A stretch of 32,000 bases of DNA from Dickeya solani IPO 2222 (GTDB lineage Bacteria > Pseudomonadota > Gammaproteobacteria > Enterobacterales > Enterobacteriaceae): NCBI RefSeq assembly GCF_001644705.1, contig NZ_CP015137.1, forward strand, positions 2,010,001-2,042,000, given 5' to 3'. The notes below the pieces were generated by a model. The model searched no databases. It was not told where the DNA came from and worked only from the letters and a program-made list of their open reading frames with translations. Both the position numbers and the translations under genes were made by a program. Of this stretch, positions 25,272 to 32,000 are shown in pieces. Position 1 is the first letter of the stretch. Every line of letters starts with the position of its first letter.

Positions 25272-26441
25272 TTACCGACGACTGGCCGCCACCAGCGCCA
25301 GCAGCGTCACGCCGCCGGCAAACAGCGTTACCGGCATCCAGCCGCCCGCCTGCCAGGCCGCCATCGCACCGCTGGAACCCAGCGCCCCGCCGAGGAACAT
25401 CCCGCCCATGAACAGCGTATTGATGCGGCCGCGCGCCGTCGGCTGCAAGCCGTAAATCACATGCTGGTGAGCGATCAACGCGCTCTGCACCCCAAGATCC
25501 AGCAGTATCACCCCGACAATCAGGCCCGCTACCGCGCCCCACAGGCCGAACACACCCCACGCCAGCAACGTCAGCAAGGCACCCAGCAGAATCACCGGTC
25601 GGCTACCGATGCGATCCGCCAGGCGTCCAGCCACCGGCGCGGCGTTAATGCCCGCCACGCCAATCACGCCGAACAGACCGGCCGCCGCCGCCCCCAGAGG
25701 ATGGCTGCCGCTGGCGAGGTACAACGCCAAAATGCTCCAGAATGCGCTAAACGACGCGAACAGCGCGCCCTGAATCCAGGTGGCGCGACGCAGTGCCGGT
25801 TCCGCGCGCCACAGCGTCAGCAGCGAACGCATCAGTGAACGCCAGGACAGCGCCGATGACGGCGGCAACGCAGGCAGCATGCGCCCCATCAGCGCCGCGC
25901 CCGCCAACGCCAGCGGCACGCTCAGCCAGAACATGGCGCGCCAGCCGGCGGCGTCCGCCACCAGTCCGGCCAACGTCCGGCTGAGCAGAATGCCGCTCAG
26001 CAGCCCACTCATCACGGTGCCGACCACCGCGCCGCGCTGACCTTCGCCCGCCACCGTCGCCGCTACCGGCACAATTTGCTGCGCTACCGTCGCGCCGACG
26101 CCAATCAATACCGACGCCGCCAGCAGCACCGGGGCCGACGGTGCCAGCGCCGCCAGCACCGAGGCCAGCGCCAGCAACAAAAATTGCCAGACGATCAGTC
26201 GCCGCCGCTCGAACTTGTCGCCCAGCGGCACCAGCATCAGCAACCCCAGCGCATAGCCGAGCTGGGTGGCGGTGGGGATCATGGATGTCGCGCCGCTGCC
26301 GGGAAAGCTGGCGGTCATCAGGCCGAGCATCGGCTGGTTGTAATAGATATTGGCGACCGCCACACCGCTGGCGGCCGCCATGGCAAAAATCAGCGGTTTA
26401 CCCGTCCGTACGCTGTCATCGCTGTAAGATAACGTGCTCAT
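25272..26441 (-). CDS. MFS transporter (12-TM, substrate unknown)
   Basis: Hydrophobic 12-TM pattern with the loop motif LGDKFERRRLIV between TM2 and TM3. I take the ATG at 26441 with GGAG 7 nt upstream. The track start at 26510 adds an Arg/Pro-rich extension with no RBS. Confidence 0.85.
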   Translation of the reverse strand: MSTLSYSDDSVRTGKPLIFAMAAASGVAVANIYYNQPMLGLMTASFPGSGATSMIPTATQLGYALGLLMLVPLGDKFERRRLIVWQFLLLALASVLAALAPSAPVLLAASVLIGVGATVAQQIVPVAATVAGEGQRGAVVGTVMSGLLSGILLSRTLAGLVADAAGWRAMFWLSVPLALAGAALMGRMLPALPPSSALSWRSLMRSLLTLWRAEPALRRATWIQGALFASFSAFWSILALYLASGSHPLGAAAAGLFGVIGVAGINAAPVAGRLADRIGSRPVILLGALLTLLAWGVFGLWGAVAGLIVGVILLDLGVQSALIAHQHVIYGLQPTARGRINTLFMGGMFLGGALGSSGAMAAWQAGGWMPVTLFAGGVTLLALVAASRR

Positions 26442-26609
26442 GGTCATTCTCCGTGGTTGCCTGTCTGAAGGTGGTGTTCCCCTCCGGCCGGAAGCACCAT
26501 CACACGGCACGACGTGGGGGACAGGGTCAGCATAGGCCAGGCGACTTCACCGCAGAAGAGCGCTATCAGCCATAATATTTATTCCAGAATGGAATGGATG
26601 AAAGGAGCG

Positions 26610-27500
26610 TCAGGCAGGCACAGGCAGATGGCAGAGCACAAACTCGGTAAACGCCCGGGCGCGGGCCGACGTTAACCGGCCGCCGGGGTAAACCGCCCAC
26701 AGATCCATCACGCCGATATGCCAGTCGGTCAGCGCCGTCGTCACCGCGCCGCTCGTCAACTCCGGCGCAAACATCCACGCCGACGCCACCGTCAGGCCAT
26801 TGCCCGCCAGCACCGCTTCCCGTACCCCTTCCGCCGCGCTGGTGCGGATGCGTCCCGACAGCGTGACCAGACACTGCCGGTCATCCCGACGAAACAACCA
26901 GTTGCCCGGCGCATCGGCCTGCAGGTAGATCACGGCGTCATGGTTTTCCAGCGCCTCGGGCGAAGCCGGTGTGCCGCGGGCGGCGAAATACGCCGGCGTG
27001 GCCAGCAACCGCATCGGCGCCGAGCCGATCTTCCGGGCGGTCAACCTGGAGTCTTTCATCTCACCCAGCCGCAACGCCACATCAATGCCTTCGGCGATCA
27101 GATCCACCGGGCGGTCATCCAGAATGATGTCCACCTTCAGTTGCGGATGCTGCGACATAAACACATGCAAACGAGGCAGCACATGCAGTCGGGCGAAGGT
27201 CACCGGCGCCGATACCCGCAAATAACCGCTCAGCTCGCCGTTGCCGCCGCGCACCCCGTCCTGCGCCTCGTGCAACTGTTGCAACGCCGGGGCAACCTGC
27301 TCGTAAAACCGCTGCCCGGCTTCGGTGGGCGTCAACCCGCGGGTGGAGCGCAGCAACAGTTTGACCGCCAGCTGTTGTTCAAGCTGCATGATGGCTTTAG
27401 AGATAGCCGGCTGCCCGATGCCCAGACGGCGCGACGCAGCGGAAAAGGAGCCGCACTCATAAACACAGATAAACGTTTCCAGCGTTGCCAGACGATCCAT
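26610..27500 (-). CDS. LysR-family transcriptional regulator
   Basis: HTH region MDRLATLETFICVYECGSFSAASRRLGIGQPAISKAIMQLEQQL. The length is typical of LysR regulators. GGAGG lies 5 nt before the ATG at 27500. The gene is divergent from the 27917 operon. Confidence 0.92.
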   Translation of the reverse strand: MDRLATLETFICVYECGSFSAASRRLGIGQPAISKAIMQLEQQLAVKLLLRSTRGLTPTEAGQRFYEQVAPALQQLHEAQDGVRGGNGELSGYLRVSAPVTFARLHVLPRLHVFMSQHPQLKVDIILDDRPVDLIAEGIDVALRLGEMKDSRLTARKIGSAPMRLLATPAYFAARGTPASPEALENHDAVIYLQADAPGNWLFRRDDRQCLVTLSGRIRTSAAEGVREAVLAGNGLTVASAWMFAPELTSGAVTTALTDWHIGVMDLWAVYPGGRLTSARARAFTEFVLCHLPVPA

Positions 27501-27916
27501 TTTCTCCTCCGGTAATTCACCACCCAATACACGCCGGTCGGGCTACTCCGCCATTTCCGGGCCGTCTGCCCGGCCGGAAGCGCATTGGCCGCCAGAAACA
27601 GCAGCCCCAGCAGAAAGACCCGCCCACATCCAGCGTGTCGGAAACCCAGCCCAGCGGCACCTGCAACAACGCATCGCCGATAAACAGCACCGTCACCAGC
27701 AGCACCGGATTCCGGCGCCGAACCCGACGCCGATGCATACCATCGCCACAGGCTGATGGCTATAAATTTCATTATTTATCAAAAAATTAAACTAACACAC
27801 CGATATTAAGATTATTTTTTAACCGTCTTAAGTCTCTCTTAATGCTCCCCCGTTAGCATGACACCATCGCACCCAGAGGCGACCCCGACGGTCAACGCAC
27901 CATTCAGGAGTAAGAC

Positions 27917-28567
27917 ATGAGTTTTTACCAGCAACTGCAATCCGCAACATCAACATCGCAACAACTGATGATGTCCGCTCCGGTCATTGACGCCTGCCGT
28001 CAGGGAACCATCACCGGGGACATGTACATCGCCTTTCTGACGCAGGCCTACCACCACGTCAGTTATACCGTACCGCTGCTGATGGCGGCGAGCGGCCGTC
28101 TCCCCCGGCATCAGGCGTGGGTGCGTGAAGCCATTGAGGAGTACATTAACGCCGAGTACGACCACAAGGCCTCGATTCTCCACACGATTCGCGCCTGCGG
28201 CGGCGAAACGGAAACCCTGAGCCAGAACGCCTCCGCTCAGTGGATTGAACTGATGGCGGCGTACCTTTATGACCAGATCCAGCGTGACAACCCGATGAGC
28301 ATCTTCGGCCTGATACACGTACTGGAAGGTATCCAAGCCAACATCGCGTCCGAGATGGTCAGGCAGATAGAAGCGGAGCAGGGCCTGCCTGTCAGCGCCA
28401 TCAGCGGCCTGCAGGCGCAGGCTCTGGCGGATAAGACATGCCCGAACGTCTTCGCCGCCCTGATGGACAACATCAGCGATGACGCCGATCAGACCGCGAT
28501 TATTCATGCCGCTCACGTGGTTTATCAGCTGTACGGCGATATGCTGCGCAGCCTCACGGAGCACTAA
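27917..28567 (+). CDS. Haem-oxygenase-like fold protein (PF14518/TenA/PqqC/CADD-like 'iron-containing redox enzyme' family)
   Basis: All-helical 216-aa protein. EEYINAEYDHKASILHTIRACG fits the family pattern E..E..H..lw..f..alG, and LIHVLEGIQANIA fits the second ligand helix. The third helix (LQAQALADKTCP) lacks the usual H...D..H ligands. AGGAG lies 6 nt before the ATG. Confidence 0.55.
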   Translation: MSFYQQLQSATSTSQQLMMSAPVIDACRQGTITGDMYIAFLTQAYHHVSYTVPLLMAASGRLPRHQAWVREAIEEYINAEYDHKASILHTIRACGGETETLSQNASAQWIELMAAYLYDQIQRDNPMSIFGLIHVLEGIQANIASEMVRQIEAEQGLPVSAISGLQAQALADKTCPNVFAALMDNISDDADQTAIIHAAHVVYQLYGDMLRSLTEH

Positions 28568-28571
28568 TGTC

Positions 28572-29366
28572 ATGAAGCTAAAAAATAAACGTATCCTTCT
28601 GACGGGCGCCAGCAGCAGTACCGGCCAAGAACTGGCGTTGTCGCTGGCCGCCAGAGGCGCCAGGCTGTATCTGGTCGGTCGCAATGAAAAGGCGCTGCTG
28701 GCGTTACAGAATCGGTTACCCGACGCCGGTCATCATAATATTTTGCTGGCGGATCTCTATGACGAACAGGATCGCGACGCGCTGGCGGAGTGTTTCCCGG
28801 AAAACGCCAGGCTGGACGTGCTGATTAACAACACAGACACATCGACCTTCGGCCTGTTTGAAGAACAGAGCCACGACGTCATCCGTCGGCAGCTCGCCCT
28901 TAATACCGAAGTACCCATGCTGCTGACTCACTCCTTGCTCGACTGCATCAGCACGCCCGGTATCATCATGAATATCGGCTCCACCCTGGACGGGATCGGC
29001 TATCCGGGATACAGCGCCTATTGCGCCAGCAAATTTGCCTTACGCGGATTCAGCGAAGCGCTGCATCGCGAATTGTCATCTAAAGGGATTAAAGTACTGC
29101 ATCTGGCTCCCAGAGCCATCGATACCGGCCGTAACGCCCCGAAGACCCATGCTCTGACCCAAGCGCTGGGCTACCACAGCGACAACCCAGCCTGGGTGGC
29201 GGATCAGGTGGTCAACGCGCTGGAGCAGGAAACCGTGCGTCGTTGGCTGGGTTGGCCGGAAAAACTCTTCGTGCGGCTTAATGCGCTGGTGCCTGCCGTG
29301 GTGGATAATGCCATCCGTCGTCAGCTTGCCGCTATCCAGCATTATGCAAAGACGCAGAAAAAATAG
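28572..29366 (+). CDS. Short-chain dehydrogenase/reductase (SDR)
   Basis: Cofactor motif ILLTGASSSTG and catalytic YCASK, with LINNTD in place of NNAG. The ATG at 28572 is 4 nt after the upstream stop. The track start at 28479 lies inside the previous gene. Confidence 0.88.
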   Translation: MKLKNKRILLTGASSSTGQELALSLAARGARLYLVGRNEKALLALQNRLPDAGHHNILLADLYDEQDRDALAECFPENARLDVLINNTDTSTFGLFEEQSHDVIRRQLALNTEVPMLLTHSLLDCISTPGIIMNIGSTLDGIGYPGYSAYCASKFALRGFSEALHRELSSKGIKVLHLAPRAIDTGRNAPKTHALTQALGYHSDNPAWVADQVVNALEQETVRRWLGWPEKLFVRLNALVPAVVDNAIRRQLAAIQHYAKTQKK

Positions 29367-29377
29367 GGAAATCACGC

Positions 29378-30094
29378 ATGGCTCTTCGAGCACACATGAC
29401 TATCCGCTTACATATGACTATCCGCTCGCATATGACTACCCGCTCGCATATGACTATCCGCTCACACATGATTCTCCGATCGACGCTGTTATTGCTCAGC
29501 GGGCTGCTGACGGTCAACATGGGTCATGCCAGCGATATGTCGATGGATATCCACCGGCAATGGTCAGTCTGCCAGTACAAGACGCTGGCATCCCGTAAAG
29601 AGGAGTGTTTCGCCGCCTTGAGCCAGCAGGCGCAGGAGCAGGCGGAAAGCCACCCTGCCCGCGCGGATTATCTGATCTGGTCGGCAATGGTGGACAGCAG
29701 CTGGGCTGGCGTCAAAGACGGCATGGAAGCGCTCAATCTTGCCGGACAGGCCAAGAGTACGCTGGAAAAGGCCATCGCCCTTGATCCGCATGCGCTAAAC
29801 GGCGCGGCTTACACCATCCTTGGCGTGCTCTATTATCAGGTGCCTGGCTGGCCGCTGGGGTTTGGCGATGAAAAAAAAGCGGAGCAGTACCTGAAAACCG
29901 CGCTGAAAATGAACCCTGCCAACATTGATGCAAACTTCTTTTACGGCGACTTTTTGCTGAAAGCGGGACGCAAGAGCGAAGCCAGACAATACCTGACCGC
30001 TGCACTGAATGCCGCGCCCCGCCCGGGACGCGAAATCGCCGATCTGGGTCGCCGCGCGGAAGCCGGAAAGGCGTTGGTGCAACTGAAATATTGA
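29378..30094 (+). CDS. Secreted TPR-like protein with a repeat-encoded N-terminal extension (true start between 29378 and 29468)
   Basis: The Sec-type signal MILRSTLLLLSGLLTVNMGHA-SD begins at ATG 29468. The helical body has TPR-like pairs (AEQYLKTALKMNPANIDANFFYGDFLLKAGRKSEARQYLTAAL). Upstream in-frame ATGs are supplied by the tandem repeat. Confidence 0.7.
   Translation: MALRAHMTIRLHMTIRSHMTTRSHMTIRSHMILRSTLLLLSGLLTVNMGHASDMSMDIHRQWSVCQYKTLASRKEECFAALSQQAQEQAESHPARADYLIWSAMVDSSWAGVKDGMEALNLAGQAKSTLEKAIALDPHALNGAAYTILGVLYYQVPGWPLGFGDEKKAEQYLKTALKMNPANIDANFFYGDFLLKAGRKSEARQYLTAALNAAPRPGREIADLGRRAEAGKALVQLKY
29393..29482. repeat. 18-bp tandem repeat x5 at the 5' end of the TPR gene (each unit ca(c/t)ATGact.. 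encodes H-M-T-I-R-S/L)
   Basis: Units start at 29393, 29411, 29429, 29447 and 29465. Units 2 to 4 differ from one another by 1-2 nt. The last unit is more diverged and contains the signal-peptide ATG. Confidence 0.95.
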
Positions 30095-30454
30095 TAAAAC
30101 CGCACCCGCCATGAGCAGTGCTTCTGCCTGGCGGAAAATCACCGCCTATCCGTGTTGTTTTTTTCACCTTTTATCATCGCACTCAGATTAAAACCCCTAA
30201 TATTTTCATGACGAAACTGATTGCCGGCCGACCTAAATGTAAAAAAAGGTAAAAGATGGGAGAAATACGTCATTGCGGATAAAAAAGCAAAACTAAACAA
30301 AAAATTAGCGAGTCAGACAGGGAAAAATATTCGCAAAGAAAAAGCATTATCCCTCAACAAAACGTCAGAGAAACAAAGCCCGAAGCAGGATTTGGCATGA
30401 CTATGCCTGAAAAGCTGGGAGAGAGGCGAAAAAATCGCCACACCGAACCACAGA

Positions 30455-30490
30455 AACAAAAAAACTCGCGATCCAAAGGATGCGAGTTTC
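30455..30490 (-). terminator. Rho-independent terminator of proK
   Basis: The minus strand reads AAACTCGC-atcctttggatc-GCGAGTTT followed by TTTTGTTT. The stem is 30462-30469 with 30482-30489. It lies 37 nt downstream of the tRNA 3' end. Confidence 0.75.
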
Positions 30491-30526
30491 ATGTTAACGG
30501 CAACCGGGTTTTACCGTTTTAAAATT

Positions 30527-30603
<77 letters not shown>

Positions 30604-30615
30604 AATGCGGGGCGC

Positions 30616-30644
30616 ATATTACTGCGCCCCTAACATAGCGTCAA
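30616..30644 (-). promoter_or_regulatory. Sigma70 promoter of proK with GC-rich discriminator
   Basis: The minus strand reads TTGACG (30644-30639), a 17-nt spacer, TAATAT (30621-30616), then GCGCCCCGC immediately before the mature tRNA 5' end. This is a classic stringently controlled tRNA promoter layout. Confidence 0.7.
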
Positions 30645-30751
30645 TCCCTTTTTCATAAAAGCCAACAGGTTGACGACAAAGTGTCCGGGCGTGTGGGGAA
30701 AACCACCATCGCCACCTGAATGCGCGCCGTCCCGGCCCGCCAGCGACGGTG

Positions 30752-32000
30752 TTATCCGCGCCCCGGCGCATTGCACCAGTTATTTTTTTCCTGAATGCCG
30801 CCATCCGGCGAGGTATATCCCAGACACCCCAGCATGGAGTCGAAAATCTCCTCATGCCGCAGTACCTTTCCTTGTTGCTGTTGCGCCCGCAGTTGCTCAA
30901 ACGCCTGTTGATTACGCGGCTGCGCCAGATACTTGTCCGAAGCCCACAGCATAATCGGCGAACGGAACTGCTCCGGCGGCGCCATCTGACGCGGCGTGCC
31001 ATGCAAATGGTAGTTGTCGTCAATCGATTCACCGTGGTCGGAGGCATACACCAGCAGCGCCTTCTTGTCGCGCAATTGGTCAATAACCCGTTTGATAACG
31101 GCATCGGTATACAACACGCTGTTATCGAAGGCATTGATCAACTGTTCACGGGAGCAGGACGCATCCACGCCCATACATTCCGGCTGATAACGGGCATAGC
31201 TGCGCGGATAGCGCATCGAGTACAGATAGTGGGAACCTTTGGTGTGCAGCACCACCAGGTGCTTGCCGTTAGGGTAACGCATCAGCGACTGCGACATTTC
31301 ATCGACCAGCAGCATGTCGTCCACCGGTTTACCCTCATTACGCTTTTCCGAGGCAATCATTTCACGAAAGGCGTAATTGTCAGCCTGAATGTTGTTATAG
31401 AACCAGACCTCGCTCTGCATCGCGAACAGTTCGGACGAGAACCCCAGCGACTTCATGACGGCAAAGATATTTTTTTCCCGCAGCGTACGTTGCGGATTAT
31501 CGGAGGTGCCGCCTTCCCGCACGAACATGCAACGCATCGACAGTTTGGTGGAGGTGTCGCAGGACTGACCGCGAAACGCCAGCAAATTCTTTTCCTTCGC
31601 CAGCTGCGGCGTAGTATCACGCTCGTAGCCCAGCAGCCCCATATGGTCCCAACGGGTGGTTTCACCGATGATGAAGACGACGTAAGTGTCATCGATTCCC
31701 GGCGGAGCCTGATAGGTAAACTGCTTGCTGGGATCAATGAGCTCGTCGTCATCTTGATTTTCATCATAACGGGCATAGGCAAACAAACCGAATGCCGATA
31801 ACCAGTTGGCCGGCAGATAAGAATGAGCCACCACCCCGCCGTAACTTGGTAAATCCTGATTAGACAGCTTCTCCGCCGAGGTATTTATCTGAGCCAGATA
31901 GCGTAGCGGCAACCATACCAGTGCGGCAGACGCCACCAGCCCCAACAGCGCGATATGTCGGCGTCCCGAAGTACGCAATTGTTCGATCAGCGTTTGCTGC
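30752..32000 (-). CDS. eptB: Phosphoethanolamine transferase, EptB-like (N-terminus off-window)
   Basis: Sulfatase-type domain with FIIGETTRWDHMGLLGYERDTTP, VLHTKGSHYLYSMRYP and YASDHGES. The frame stays open past 31978 to the window edge (..QQTLIEQLRTSGRR). It is adjacent to proK, as in E. coli. Confidence 0.78.
   Translation of the reverse strand, partial: QQTLIEQLRTSGRRHIALLGLVASAALVWLPLRYLAQINTSAEKLSNQDLPSYGGVVAHSYLPANWLSAFGLFAYARYDENQDDDELIDPSKQFTYQAPPGIDDTYVVFIIGETTRWDHMGLLGYERDTTPQLAKEKNLLAFRGQSCDTSTKLSMRCMFVREGGTSDNPQRTLREKNIFAVMKSLGFSSELFAMQSEVWFYNNIQADNYAFREMIASEKRNEGKPVDDMLLVDEMSQSLMRYPNGKHLVVLHTKGSHYLYSMRYPRSYARYQPECMGVDASCSREQLINAFDNSVLYTDAVIKRVIDQLRDKKALLVYASDHGESIDDNYHLHGTPRQMAPPEQFRSPIMLWASDKYLAQPRNQQAFEQLRAQQQQGKVLRHEEIFDSMLGCLGYTSPDGGIQEKNNWCNAPGRG

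Noticed and set aside
16046-29482. Whether any of the tandem repeats (16046-16090, 22567-22638, 29393-29482) is a CRISPR array
   Set aside because: The units are directly adjacent with no spacers and are only 15-18 bp long. Two of them are in frame inside genes. No cas genes are present.
30397-30522. 41-codon plus-strand ORF ([41 protein letters not shown]) and a ~44-codon minus-strand ORF starting at 30273
   Set aside because: Neither has a Shine-Dalgarno sequence. The first runs through the proK terminator. Their composition simply reflects the A-rich DNA.

Overview
This looks like a chromosomal segment of a high-GC Enterobacterales genome, probably Pectobacteriaceae or Dickeya-like. That placement is an inference: UspA, UspB, PitA, YhiN, tRNA-Pro(CGG) and EptB closely resemble the E. 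coli versions as I recall them, and no search was run. The conserved backbone is a methyl-accepting chemotaxis protein (cut by the window start), uspA, uspB, pitA and yhiN on the left, and proK and eptB (cut by the window end) on the right. Several accessory blocks lie between them. (1) At 5.9-8.0 kb, a visibly AT-richer two-gene operon encodes an ABC/AAA15-type ATPase whose end overlaps a small HNH (TIGR02646-like) nuclease gene. This is the PtuA/PtuB architecture of the Septu anti-phage system and is the best candidate defence system here. (2) A ROK-regulated CUT1 ABC importer ending in an endonuclease/exonuclease/phosphatase (EEP) gene is bracketed by about 476-bp direct repeats, each carrying a bhsA-like DUF1471 gene with its terminator and leader. 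(3) A small exported Cys protein, a GNAT, and an operon pairing an ACR3/BASS-like transporter with a coiled-coil double-zinc-ribbon membrane protein. (4) A second, UgpB-like ABC importer with no ATPase gene, followed by a PHP-domain hydrolase and divergent from an AppA-type histidine acid phosphatase. (5) An MFS transporter and a LysR regulator, the latter divergent from an operon of a haem-oxygenase-like protein, an SDR and a TPR protein. Short tandem repeats are unusually frequent: 15 bp x3 intergenic with GATC sites, 18 bp x4 in frame in a permease, 18 bp x5 in frame at the TPR gene start, and a 6-bp duplication in one bhsA paralogue. No CRISPR array, integrase, transposase, rRNA or reverse transcriptase was seen. 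All family calls rest on motifs read by eye. Coordinates that I adjusted away from the ORF track rest on start codons and Shine-Dalgarno sequences read from the sequence.
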